NCBI GenBank assembly: GCA_965277805.1
Contig: OZ255842.1
Span: 128,001 to 192,000, forward strand
From: Candidatus Lustribacter sp.
Lineage (GTDB): Bacteria; Vulcanimicrobiota; Vulcanimicrobiia; Vulcanimicrobiales; Vulcanimicrobiaceae
Direction of reading: 5' to 3'
DNA length: 64,000 nt
Under the pieces are notes generated by a model. It was given only the letters and a program-made list of their open reading frames with translations, made no database searches and was not told where the DNA came from. A program made the position numbers and the translations under genes. Within the stretch, counting starts at the first letter, position 1, and the number at the start of each line of letters is the position of its first letter. Of the stretch, positions 45,638 to 55,310 are shown one piece after another.

Positions 45638-46417
45638 ATGCTCCGCATCCTGGTTGTCAATGACGACGGTATCGACTCCGAAGGCATCACGGTACTCGCG
45701 CGCGCGCTGCAAGCGCTGGGCGAAGTCACCGTCGTTGCGCCCGACGGCGACCGCAGCGGAACGAGCCACTCGATCTCGGTTCACAGCGCCGTGCGCGCGC
45801 AGGCCGTGCACGCCGACGACGGGCTGCGCCGCTATGCGTGTTCCGGCACGCCTGCCGACTGCGTGCTGCTGGGCGTGAACGAACTGTGCGGCGCGCGTCC
45901 CAACATCGTCGTGAGCGGCATCAACCGCGGCGCGAACCTCGCCGATGACGTGAACTATTCCGGCACCGTTGCCGCAGCGGTGGAAGCGACGATCGTCGGC
46001 ATCCCGGCGATCGCCGTATCGCTCGTCTCCTCTTGGCCGAAGCACGATCCGGTCCACTATTGGCAGGCCGCAGCCAACGTCGCGCGCGATCTCGCCGCCG
46101 ACGTCTTACGCGATCCGTTGCCGCCGGGAACGTACTGGAACGTCAACGTGCCGAACATCGCCGAATTGCGCGGCACGCGCTACACGCGGCTCGGCCGCAA
46201 ACAATACGCCGAACGTCTCGCGCGCGTCGAAGGCGACGCACAAAATCCCGAAGCGTCGTACTACTGGGTGTGGGACATGTCGCACCTCGGCGGCGGCGAC
46301 GATACCGACACCGTCGCCGTCGAAGCCGGCTACGCCAGCATCACCCCGCTAAAAATCGACCGCACCGACGATGTCATCCTGAGCTTGTCGAAGGACCGCC
46401 ACAATGATTGCCGCTAG
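45638..46417 (+). CDS. surE: 5'/3'-nucleotidase SurE
   Basis: ILVVNDDG, VVAPDGDRSG.S, GTPADC, SGINRGAN, YSGTV. Confidence 0.96.
   Translation: MLRILVVNDDGIDSEGITVLARALQALGEVTVVAPDGDRSGTSHSISVHSAVRAQAVHADDGLRRYACSGTPADCVLLGVNELCGARPNIVVSGINRGANLADDVNYSGTVAAAVEATIVGIPAIAVSLVSSWPKHDPVHYWQAAANVARDLAADVLRDPLPPGTYWNVNVPNIAELRGTRYTRLGRKQYAERLARVEGDAQNPEASYYWVWDMSHLGGGDDTDTVAVEAGYASITPLKIDRTDDVILSLSKDRHNDCR
46371..46395. repeat. Single REP-like unit inside the surE 3' end
   Basis: atgtcatcctgagcttgtcgaagga; its reverse complement matches 4964-4988 at 23/25 nt. Confidence 0.8.
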
Positions 46418-47384
46418 CTTCACCAAAACCGGCCCTGCCCGCGAGGTGCTCCACGTCGGCGAAATGCCGACGCCGCAACCGGGCCCGGGCGAAGTGCGCG
46501 TCAAGCTCGCCACATCGGGCGTCAATCCATCCGACGTGAAACGCCGCGGCGCGCCGCCGCCGGGGAAACCCGCCGAGTTTCCCGTGGTGATCCCGCACAG
46601 CGACGGCGCCGGAACGATCGATGCCGTCGGCGCGGGCGTTCCGCAAAGCCGCATCGGCGAGCGCGTCTGGACGATCAACGCGCAATACCGCCGCCCATTC
46701 GGCACGGCTGCGGAATACTGCGTCGTCCCGAGCGCGTTCGCACCGCAGCTGCCGGACAACACCGACTTCGCGGTCGGCGCATGCCTCGGCGTCCCCGCGC
46801 TCACGGCCTATCACGCGATCATGCTCGACGGTTCCGTGCGCGGCAAGACGCTGCTGATCCAAGGCGGAGCCGGCGCGGTCGCGTTCTACGCGATTCAGTT
46901 CGCGAAGCTCGACGGCGCGACCGTGATCACGACCGTCAGCTCGGAGGAGAAGGCCGAACGCGCCCGCAGCGCCGGCGCCGATCACGTCGTGAACTACCGC
47001 ACCGAAAACCTGAAAGAACGCATCGCGGACATCACGAGCGGCAAAGGCGCCGACCGCATCATTGAGGTCGACTTGAAATCCAACGCGATGACCTACCCGG
47101 ACATCCTCGTCGATCATGGCAAAGCCGTCATCTATGGCTCCGGAGCCGGCCCGATCCAGATCCCGTCGTTCATCCCCACCAGCACCACGCTGCAGTTCAT
47201 CTTGGTTTATACGCTGACGGACGCCGAGCGCACGAACCATGTCGCGGCCCTCAACGCCCTGCTGAGCGCCGGAAAGCTGAAACACGCGATCGGTAAGCAC
47301 TACCCCCTTGCCCAAATTGTCGCCGCCCACGAAGACGTGGAGGCCGGCAGCTTCGGGAACGTGATCGTCGATATTCCGGGCTAG
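46404..47384 (+). CDS. NADPH:quinone reductase (zeta-crystallin/MDR family)
   Basis: PQPGPGEVRV, GVNPSD, PHSDGAG, GGAGAV. Confidence 0.92.
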   Translation: MIAASFTKTGPAREVLHVGEMPTPQPGPGEVRVKLATSGVNPSDVKRRGAPPPGKPAEFPVVIPHSDGAGTIDAVGAGVPQSRIGERVWTINAQYRRPFGTAAEYCVVPSAFAPQLPDNTDFAVGACLGVPALTAYHAIMLDGSVRGKTLLIQGGAGAVAFYAIQFAKLDGATVITTVSSEEKAERARSAGADHVVNYRTENLKERIADITSGKGADRIIEVDLKSNAMTYPDILVDHGKAVIYGSGAGPIQIPSFIPTSTTLQFILVYTLTDAERTNHVAALNALLSAGKLKHAIGKHYPLAQIVAAHEDVEAGSFGNVIVDIPG

Positions 47385-47424
47385 GACGGAAACCAAAGCC
47401 GGGACGGGAATCGTTCCTCTAACG

Positions 47425-49032
47425 ATGGGGACCGGCTTCGGGGAATCTTTGGAACGGCTTAGGGCGCTGGCGCTCGTGCTCGTGCTCGCGCTGGGCGGCT
47501 GTGCGGCCAGCGCCGAGACCCAGCGCGATCCCAACACGCTGGTCGCGCTAACGCGCGCCGACGGCGCGACGATGAACCCGATGTATGCGACGACGGTCCA
47601 GGACGGGCTCATCTATGCGGCGCTGCTGTTCGACAGCCTCTCGTACGTCGGCCCCGATTACTTACCGCATCCAAGGTTGGCCACGTCGTGGTCGCACTCG
47701 CCCGACGGGAAGCACTGGACGGTCGATTTGCGGCGCGACGTGAAGTGGTCGGACGGCGTTCCGTTCACCTCGAAAGACGTCGTCTTCAGCTACAATCTCT
47801 TCCTCAATCCGAAGACCGGCTTTCTCGACATCGGCACCATCAAAAACGTGAAGCGCGTCTATGCCGATGGTCCCTATCGCGTGCACTTCGACATCGCGTT
47901 TCCGAATGCGATCTTCACGCTCGGCGTGCTCGGCGAGGACCTCCTTCCGGAGCACGTCTTGGGCAAGATCCCGCCCGACCGGCAGCGGTTTTCGTCGTTC
48001 GGGGAACATCCGATCGGTACCGGGCCTTACGTGCTGAAAAGCTGGCAGCACGACAGCGAAGTCGTATTCGAGCGTAATCCGTATGCCTACCGTCCGCCCA
48101 AGATCGACCGCATCGACATGCGTATCATCTTCAACGATCAAGCGGAACTGGAAGCGCTTGCTAACGGCTCGGCGGATCTGATCGACGACCTCTCGCACAT
48201 TCAATACGTGCAGTTGCAACGGATCGCGCCGAAGATCAAGCTGATGACGTTTGCACCGCTCTACGTCGACGTCATCGAGCTCAACCTCCGTCACGCCGGG
48301 CTGGACGACGTCGCTGTACGGCAAGCGATGATGTACGGCTACGACCGCGAGGCGATCGCGCACGGCCTTTTCGATGACAAGGTGCCGGTGCCCGACAGTC
48401 TGATCGTCGCGTCGTTGAAGCACTGGTACAATCCGAACGTGCAAAAGTATCCGTACGACCCCGACAAGGCGCGCGCGTTGCTCGACGCGGCCGGCTGGAA
48501 GCTTGGTCCGGACGGGGTCCGCAGCAAGAACGGGACGCGGCTGGAGTTCGAGCTCTTGCTCAATCAGGGTTCGGCACTGCTCACCGATGAGATGCTCACG
48601 TTCATCGCCGACATGAAGGACGTCGGCATCGATATCAACCTGCGTCTCACGGACTTCGCGTCGTTGAGCGCGCGGACGTACACCGGCAAATATGATATCA
48701 TCGCCGACGCGCGCGGCGGCGTCGTGGACCCCGACCTCACCTCGATTCTCTCGTCGGATCAAATGCCGCCGAACGGTGCGAACACCACGTACTACAAGGA
48801 TGCGCGCGTCGATCGTGATCTGCGTCTCGGGCTGACGACGCTCGACGACAAAAAGCGCCAGGCAATCTACGACGACTTGCAGGTCGAACTGATGAAGACC
48901 GTGCCGATCATGCCGCAGGTCGGGCGCTTTGCCGCCACCGGCTACTCACCGCGGCTCTACTTCGATCCGAAGGTCACGCTGCAATCCCCGCTGGGTTACT
49001 ACAACGTCGAGGATTGGAAGTTCGCCCAGTGA
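47425..49032 (+). CDS. Peptide/nickel ABC substrate-binding lipoprotein (family 5)
   Basis: Lipobox LGGC, LATSW, KWSDG.PFT..DV, PIGTGPY. Confidence 0.92.
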   Translation: MGTGFGESLERLRALALVLVLALGGCAASAETQRDPNTLVALTRADGATMNPMYATTVQDGLIYAALLFDSLSYVGPDYLPHPRLATSWSHSPDGKHWTVDLRRDVKWSDGVPFTSKDVVFSYNLFLNPKTGFLDIGTIKNVKRVYADGPYRVHFDIAFPNAIFTLGVLGEDLLPEHVLGKIPPDRQRFSSFGEHPIGTGPYVLKSWQHDSEVVFERNPYAYRPPKIDRIDMRIIFNDQAELEALANGSADLIDDLSHIQYVQLQRIAPKIKLMTFAPLYVDVIELNLRHAGLDDVAVRQAMMYGYDREAIAHGLFDDKVPVPDSLIVASLKHWYNPNVQKYPYDPDKARALLDAAGWKLGPDGVRSKNGTRLEFELLLNQGSALLTDEMLTFIADMKDVGIDINLRLTDFASLSARTYTGKYDIIADARGGVVDPDLTSILSSDQMPPNGANTTYYKDARVDRDLRLGLTTLDDKKRQAIYDDLQVELMKTVPIMPQVGRFAATGYSPRLYFDPKVTLQSPLGYYNVEDWKFAQ

Positions 49033-49988
49033 TCAACTTTATCGTCCGGCGCGTCCTCGGCGCGATTCCGTTGCTCCTGTTCATCAGCATCGTGACGTAC
49101 GCGATGATGGCATTAGCCCCGGGTGGTCCGGCGGCGGTGCTCGGCCCGCGAGGTCAAGGACTCTCGCCGGAAGTCGTCGCTCGGATCAATCAGGCCTACG
49201 GTTTAGACAAGCCGTGGTACATCCAATATTTCTTCTGGCTCAAGCAGCTCTTGTTCCATGGGTCGCTCGGAACGTCGTACGTCGACAACCGGCCGGTGAT
49301 CGAAAAGGTCTTCGAAAAACTCCCGGTGACGATCGAAATGGTCGGGCTCGCGCTCATCCTCACGCTGATCATTGCGATCCCGATCGGCATCTACGCCGGC
49401 GCTCATCGCGACTCGTTCTTCGATAACGCATCGTCGACGATCGGCTTCGTCTTTTACGGCATGCCGGTGTTCTGGCTCGCCATCATCTTGATCGAGCTGT
49501 TCGCCGTCCAATTTCGCTGGTTTCCATCGTCGGGCGTCTCGTCGCTCGGCCGCGAGAACGACGTGCTCGATCGATTGTGGCATTTGACGCTGCCGGTCGT
49601 GGCGATCGCGCTCGCGAGTTTCGTGAGTTGGATGCGCTATCAGCGAAGTTCGATCATCGAAGCAATGAGTTCCGGCTACATTCGTACCGCACGCAGCAAG
49701 GGTCTCTCCGAGCGCGACGTGCTCGTGCGCCACGCCTTCCGCAACGCGCTGTTGCCGATCGTCACGCTGCTGGGCCTGAGCCTGCCGCAACTCGTCGGCG
49801 GCGCCTACTTCGTTGAGTACGTCTTCTCGATACCAGGCATCGGCTACCTGACGTTTTCATCGATCTTCTCGCGCGATTACCCGACGCTAATGGCGATTAC
49901 GATGCTGACCGCGGTGCTGATCGTTGCGGGCAACCTGCTCGCCGATATCTGCTACGCCGTCGTCGACCCGCGGATCCGGTACGCGTAA
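49029..49988 (+). CDS. Peptide ABC permease (DppB-like)
   Basis: APGGP, YIRTARSKGL, HAFRNALLP, RDYP, DPRIR. Confidence 0.94.
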   Translation: MINFIVRRVLGAIPLLLFISIVTYAMMALAPGGPAAVLGPRGQGLSPEVVARINQAYGLDKPWYIQYFFWLKQLLFHGSLGTSYVDNRPVIEKVFEKLPVTIEMVGLALILTLIIAIPIGIYAGAHRDSFFDNASSTIGFVFYGMPVFWLAIILIELFAVQFRWFPSSGVSSLGRENDVLDRLWHLTLPVVAIALASFVSWMRYQRSSIIEAMSSGYIRTARSKGLSERDVLVRHAFRNALLPIVTLLGLSLPQLVGGAYFVEYVFSIPGIGYLTFSSIFSRDYPTLMAITMLTAVLIVAGNLLADICYAVVDPRIRYA

Positions 49989-50885
49989 ATGCGCACGCTT
50001 CGCCGCTTTCTTCGCGAACGGCCGGCCGTCATCGGCTCGTCATTCGTGCTGCTGCTCGTTCTGCTCGCCGTCTTCGGCCCCATCCTCGATACGACCGACC
50101 CGAACGTCGTCGTCCATAGCCTCGTTGGCTTCCCGCAGGCGCCGTCGGCGGCGCACTGGTTCGGCACCGACTTGATCGGCCGTGATATCTTCGTCCGCGT
50201 TTTGTACGGCGCGCGCGTCTCGCTGCTGGTCGGCGCGGCCGCCATGGTGGTGTCGTTCTCGATCGGGATCCTCTACGGCGCCATTGCGGGCGCAAGCGGC
50301 GGGATCGTCGACAACCTCATGATGCGCTTCGTCGACGCGATGCTCTCGTTCCCCACGTTCTTTTTGCTGCTGATCATCTCGGCGCTGACCAACAAGTTCT
50401 CGCTGACGATCATCATACTGATAATCGGTCTAACGTCATGGCCTGGTCTGGCGCGCCTCGTTCGCGCCGAGGTGCTTTCGCTGCGCGAGCGGGACTTCGT
50501 CGAAGCGGCACGTGCGCTCGGAGCGTCTCCGGTACGGCTCATCCTGCGCCACCTGATCCCGAACGCTCTTGCGCCGGTCGTCGTGGCGGCCGCGTTCGCG
50601 ATCGGCGACAACATCCTAGCGGAGTCATCGCTATCGTTCTTCGGCCTCGGCGTCCAGCCGCCGGCGCCGTCGTGGGGGAACATGCTCCAAGACGCGCTCA
50701 CGCCGCAGGCGGAAGGAGCACCTTGGATGGTGCTCGCGCCCGGCCTTGCGATCGTCATCACCGTCCTCGCCTTCAGCGTGATCGCCGACGGAATTCGCGT
50801 GGCACTCGACACCTCGATCGGCCAAGACACGACGGCCGACGACCTCGATGTCGAACCCGCGCCCTACGCTGCCGCCCCCGCCTGA
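49989..50885 (+). CDS. Peptide ABC permease (DppC-like)
   Basis: HWFGTD..GRD, FVEAARALGA, LSFFGLG, SWG.ML. Confidence 0.94.
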   Translation: MRTLRRFLRERPAVIGSSFVLLLVLLAVFGPILDTTDPNVVVHSLVGFPQAPSAAHWFGTDLIGRDIFVRVLYGARVSLLVGAAAMVVSFSIGILYGAIAGASGGIVDNLMMRFVDAMLSFPTFFLLLIISALTNKFSLTIIILIIGLTSWPGLARLVRAEVLSLRERDFVEAARALGASPVRLILRHLIPNALAPVVVAAAFAIGDNILAESSLSFFGLGVQPPAPSWGNMLQDALTPQAEGAPWMVLAPGLAIVITVLAFSVIADGIRVALDTSIGQDTTADDLDVEPAPYAAAPA

Positions 50886-50968
50886 GGGCGTTCCGTACGA
50901 TATCGTACTAGACGGCGGCGAAAGAGCATCCCAGGGAAGCCTGTAGGGGCTCAGTATCTTACGTTGCA

Positions 50969-52840
50969 GTGCGACTGGGTGTCCGCGGGCAGATCGTTTT
51001 AATCTCATGCGTCCCACTGGTGTTTCTCATCGCGTTGTTGGCGATCGCATTCCAACTGCGTAGTTTGTCCATACAATCAGCGGCGCTCTCACAGCACGTT
51101 ACCGACTCGCTTGCGCGAGCCGATCGCCTCTATGAGACGATCAACGATGTCTTCGCCGAGATCAAGAACTACGCGAAGGACCACACCGGCGCGCTGCAGC
51201 GTTATCGAGTGTCGACCGCTGCGATCCCCGCCGAAATTGACGCCGTTCGCGCCGCGGTGTCGCCGAACTCCGTCGCACAAGCGCGTGCTGCGCGATATAC
51301 CAACGACGCCGCGCAAGTGGTCGCACTGCTCGACCAGGTCTTTACGTTGATGCGCGAGGGCAAAAGCCAGGAAGCTACTGCCATCTCGGCCCGCCCCGCC
51401 GTGCAACGTTTAGGCCCCGAATATTTAGCCGCGAAGTCGGCCTTCGACAGCGGCGAGCGCAGCGATTCGCTCACGCTGAACACCGCTACGCGCGCGCAGC
51501 TTCAACTGCTCAGCACCGCGCTCGTGCTGCTCACGGTCCTCGGCATCGTCGTGACGCTGGCGTTGTCGGTCGGATTTGGTCTGCGCATGGGCCGCCGGTT
51601 GCGGCGTCTGGTAGAGAACGCAATGTTGCTCGCGCGCCACAAGGCGACGCTGCCCATAGAAGGCGATGACGAAATCGCCGAAGTCGACCGCGTGTACCAC
51701 GTGATGTCGCGCGAGCTGGAAGAAACGACGGTGCTCCAGCACGCGTTGCTGCCGCAGCGGCTGCCGCAAGTTCCCGGCATCCGGCTCGACTCGGCCTACG
51801 TGCCGGCCGCGACGCACGGGAAAGTCGGCGGCGATTGGTTCGACGTCTTTCCCATTGAGGCGAACTTGCTCGGCATCAGCATCGGCGACGTCGCCGGCCA
51901 TGGCCTAAACGCGGCCTCGACGATGGCAATGTTGCGGCAAACGATGCGCGTGGCGGCTCGGATGGAACAGCAGCCCTCACGCGTGTTGCGTCAAGTCAAC
52001 CGCTCGCTGTGCGCCGACGAACCGGGCGCGCTGGCGACCGCGATTTTCGCCACGCTCGACTGCACGACCGGGCTCTTGCGCTGGTCGGCGGCCGGTCATC
52101 CCGCGCCGATCCTCGTGCGTCCCGATCGCAGCATAACGTTCCTCGAAGGCCAGGGCCTGATTCTCGGAGTCGACGCGCAGACGGCATTTGATGACCTGAG
52201 CGCTGAGCTCGATGTGGGCTGCGCGCTCGTGCTCTACACGGATGGCCTGGTCGAGGTCGAGCGCGACTACTTCAGCGGAATAACCGCGCTCGCGGAAGCC
52301 GTGCTGGCCGAGTACGGCGAGTCATCGGAGAATATCGCCGACAATATTCAGAAGCGCATTTTCGCGCGCGCGACGTCGCGGGACGATTCGGCCGTCCTCT
52401 TTCTCGGCATCAGCAGCCTCAGCGCGACGGCCAACGAAACGCGGCACGTCTGGCAGCTCGACGCACGCGATTCGTTTTCCGCGCAGCGCGTGAAGCGCGC
52501 GGTTCTTTGGCACTTGGCGGGTCTCGCCGACAAGACGCCCGAGATGGATGCTGTCGAACTGATTTATGGCGAGTTGATCGCGAACGTAGCGCGCCATACG
52601 CCGGGGTTGGCGACCGTGACGCTGGAGTGGCAAGGCGATGAGCCGGTGCTGCACGTCGACGATCATGGACCGCCTTTTCAGCTGCTCAGCAAAGCTCCAA
52701 CGGACGACATGGCCGAAAGCGGTCGCGGTTTTTGGCTGATGTCGAACTACACGACGAAGCTTTCCGTGCAGCGCATCGGTGAAGCGAATCGCGTCAGCGT
52801 GGGTTTGCCGGTGGGCGCGGGCAACGGTTCTTCGATGTAG
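50969..52840 (+). CDS. Membrane sensor: four-helix/HAMP + SpoIIE PP2C phosphatase + RsbW-like HATPase
   Basis: Two TM helices, LQHALLP, VGGDWFD, GDVAGHG, AGHP, YTDGL, DD, then ELIANVARH and ESGRGFW. Confidence 0.9.
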   Translation: MRLGVRGQIVLISCVPLVFLIALLAIAFQLRSLSIQSAALSQHVTDSLARADRLYETINDVFAEIKNYAKDHTGALQRYRVSTAAIPAEIDAVRAAVSPNSVAQARAARYTNDAAQVVALLDQVFTLMREGKSQEATAISARPAVQRLGPEYLAAKSAFDSGERSDSLTLNTATRAQLQLLSTALVLLTVLGIVVTLALSVGFGLRMGRRLRRLVENAMLLARHKATLPIEGDDEIAEVDRVYHVMSRELEETTVLQHALLPQRLPQVPGIRLDSAYVPAATHGKVGGDWFDVFPIEANLLGISIGDVAGHGLNAASTMAMLRQTMRVAARMEQQPSRVLRQVNRSLCADEPGALATAIFATLDCTTGLLRWSAAGHPAPILVRPDRSITFLEGQGLILGVDAQTAFDDLSAELDVGCALVLYTDGLVEVERDYFSGITALAEAVLAEYGESSENIADNIQKRIFARATSRDDSAVLFLGISSLSATANETRHVWQLDARDSFSAQRVKRAVLWHLAGLADKTPEMDAVELIYGELIANVARHTPGLATVTLEWQGDEPVLHVDDHGPPFQLLSKAPTDDMAESGRGFWLMSNYTTKLSVQRIGEANRVSVGLPVGAGNGSSM

Positions 52841-52845
52841 GCCGC

Positions 52846-53226
52846 TTACGGCAAGCGCAAGCGCAAGCGCTGAATGTAAACGGTGGCGGCGACGACGACG
52901 ATGCCGACGGCAAAACTGACCGGCAATTGACAGTAGGCCGGCAGAGATTGCCAGCTTACCACCGCGACGAACAGCAGCGCGATCAGCGCCATTTGCAGCC
53001 ACGCGATCTGCGTCGCCGCCATCCGCTCGCCGAACCGTTCCAGATGTTCGCCGATGAAGCTGCCGGCCAAACCGCCCAGCAGCACCCCGATGGCATTCGT
53101 CCAGCGGCTCACGATCGCGTGATCCTTGACGGCGGCCGCGATCGTGATGCCCGCCGCGAGCACGATCGCCACGACGATTCCGCGCCGCAGGGGGGCGAGC
53201 GAGGGCGGTGCCTCCGGTTGCCGCAT
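52846..53226 (-). CDS. Small hypothetical 4TM membrane protein
   Basis: Four hydrophobic segments; fills the gap before the ssrA promoter. Confidence 0.55.
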   Translation of the reverse strand: MRQPEAPPSLAPLRRGIVVAIVLAAGITIAAAVKDHAIVSRWTNAIGVLLGGLAGSFIGEHLERFGERMAATQIAWLQMALIALLFVAVVSWQSLPAYCQLPVSFAVGIVVVAATVYIQRLRLRLP

Positions 53227-53266
53227 CCGAGCGCCTTTCGCGCCCTCGACGGGCGAAACCCGGATG

Positions 53267-53275
53267 TGGTATAAT
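53267..53275 (+). promoter_or_regulatory. Extended -10 promoter for ssrA
   Basis: TG-g-TATAAT about 50 nt before the tmRNA 5' end. Confidence 0.75.
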
Positions 53276-53323
53276 AGCGTGCTCGCTGGTGACAGAGGCG
53301 GGCACAACAACGGAAACGCTCAT

Positions 53324-53680
53324 GGGGCTGAGTAGGCTCGACGGGAAGATCCGTGGTTGTCGTAAGCAGGCGGAGTTGCGAGCCCTCCTAAAACGATCGC
53401 AAGCGTTTTACACGCGAACAACGAATACGCACTGGCTGCTTAGTTTAACTAAGTAACCACCGTCGGAGAGAGGTTGCCGTTGCCATCTTTCCCACGGTCA
53501 TAAAGTACGGCTAGGACGCTGAGGCTGATGCGAGAGGCGCCCGAAAACAACTGCATCTGCTGCGCACGAAATTCCGGTTTCGAGAAGCTCGTGCGCTTAA
53601 GACAAATTCGAAGCTGAGCCTGGAGAAAGCGGCAGTCCGGCTTTTCGGACCCGGGGGGCGGCTCCCCGGCAGCTCCACCA
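53324..53680 (+). ncRNA. ssrA: tmRNA (one-piece); tag ANNEYALAA at 53414-53443
   Basis: GGGGCTG/CAGCTCC-ACCA acceptor stem with G3-U pair, TCGAC/GGAC flanks, internal ORF GCG AAC AAC GAA TAC GCA CTG GCT GCT TAG. Confidence 0.95.
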
Positions 53681-53707
53681 TTTCCGACATTTCTAACCCA
53701 TCGAAGA

Positions 53708-53735
53708 AGCTAGCCTAACGGCCGGCTCTTTCTTT
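53708..53735 (+). terminator. Probable intrinsic terminator after ssrA
   Basis: Imperfect hairpin agctagcc-taac-ggccggct followed by ctttcttt. Confidence 0.45.
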
Positions 53736-53749
53736 AAAGGGAGAGTCGT

Positions 53750-54928
53750 ATGCGCTTACGCTTTTCGGCCTTCGTGCTTGCTGCTCTGACGTTCGTCGCG
53801 TCTGACGCGCAGGCGCAGGACACCGCGCCGCGGCCCTACGAGATCAACGTTATCATGCCGGTCACCGGCAGCGGCGCGTTTATCGGCGAAGGACAGTCGG
53901 CAGCGTTGCACGCCGTCGAGACGTACGTCAACAGCACGGGCGGTATCAAGGGACGTCCCGTACACTTCGTTATTTCGGATTCGCAGTCGAAACCGCAGGT
54001 CGATGTGCAGCTCACGAGCGAGCTGCTCGCGAAACATCCGCAATTCGTCATCGACGGAGGCCCGGCGCCGGAGTGCAACGCGGTCGCAAAGCTCTATAGC
54101 AACGGGCCCGTCATGTACTGCCTCTCGCCGGGCTTCTTTCCGGAGCGAGGCGGCTATATCTATGGCGCGGGCATCGAGTCCCGCGCGGGGATGGGTGTCG
54201 TCGTACGCTACCTGCGCATGCGCGGTTTGAAGCGCATTGGGATCATCACCCTGACCGATATCGCGGGCCAAGAAGCGGATAACGCGCTGAAGTCATTGCT
54301 GAGTGAACCGGTCAACGCCGATCTGCACGTCGTCGATTGGGAGCATTTTGCCGTGACGGACATCAGCGCATCCGCGCAGATGGCCAAAATCAAAGATGCG
54401 AAGCCGGATGTCGTCCTCGGCTGGGCAACGGGCACCCCGACCGGTACGTTGCTACGTGCCTACACCGACTTGGGCATGACGGTACCGTTCGTTGCCAGCC
54501 AAGCGAACGAGAATGCGCGCCAGATGCAACAATACAAATCGACGATGCCGCGAATGCTCATGATGTATTCCTTGATGTTCCCGGCAGCGCCGGGGATGAA
54601 GAACGGTCCCCTCAAGAGCGCGATCGACGCATACGTAAAAACCATGACCGCGACGGGCGGCTCGCTGTGGGACTCGTCGGCAGCCGAAACCTGGGACAGC
54701 GCGTTGATCCTGATCGGCGCGATCCGCACCCTCGGCACGGATGCGACGCCGGACCAAGTTCGCGCGTACATGGACGGCTTGCACGACTATTACGGGCCGA
54801 CCGGGACGTTTGATTTTCGGATCGGTAATCAGCGCGGGCTCGACGCGTCGAGTGCCATCATGGTCCGTTGGGATCAGCCCAGCGGCTCGTGGAAACCGAT
54901 CAGCGGTCCCACCGGCACCCCACTGTAA
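53750..54928 (+). CDS. LivJ-type ABC substrate-binding protein
   Basis: Signal peptide, PVTGSGA, NSTGGIKGR; paralog of 37679-38845. Confidence 0.88.
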   Translation: MRLRFSAFVLAALTFVASDAQAQDTAPRPYEINVIMPVTGSGAFIGEGQSAALHAVETYVNSTGGIKGRPVHFVISDSQSKPQVDVQLTSELLAKHPQFVIDGGPAPECNAVAKLYSNGPVMYCLSPGFFPERGGYIYGAGIESRAGMGVVVRYLRMRGLKRIGIITLTDIAGQEADNALKSLLSEPVNADLHVVDWEHFAVTDISASAQMAKIKDAKPDVVLGWATGTPTGTLLRAYTDLGMTVPFVASQANENARQMQQYKSTMPRMLMMYSLMFPAAPGMKNGPLKSAIDAYVKTMTATGGSLWDSSAAETWDSALILIGAIRTLGTDATPDQVRAYMDGLHDYYGPTGTFDFRIGNQRGLDASSAIMVRWDQPSGSWKPISGPTGTPL

Positions 54929-54952
54929 CCGCATCGCCGGCGCGGTTCACCG

Positions 54953-55306
54953 TTACTCTCTGACTTTGCGCTGATGAATTTGGAAGCTATTCCCGTCGGG
55001 ATCCGTGGCGAACGCAAACCAGCAAACCGGCGACTCCATCACATCGGTGATCTCGACGTCACGTTCGGCGAGCCGGGCGCGCGCGGCAACGACATCCTCG
55101 AATTCAAACGAGACGCCCGAGCAGGTGCCCGGCACGGTGCCGGGCGGCTCTGCGTCAATTGCGAACGTCGCGTTGCCAAGGTCGAACTCAACGAAGCCCT
55201 CGCCAAATGATTCGCCCGGCGTTAGACCGAGAACGTCGGTATAAAAGGCCCGTGCCCGCGGCATGTCGCCGACTGCATACGCCACATATGCGAGCTTAAT
55301 CGGCAC
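54953..55306 (-). CDS. VOC/glyoxalase family protein
   Basis: RARAFYTDVLGL, DPDGN. Confidence 0.88.
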   Translation of the reverse strand: MPIKLAYVAYAVGDMPRARAFYTDVLGLTPGESFGEGFVEFDLGNATFAIDAEPPGTVPGTCSGVSFEFEDVVAARARLAERDVEITDVMESPVCWFAFATDPDGNSFQIHQRKVRE

Positions 55307-55310
55307 GGCT

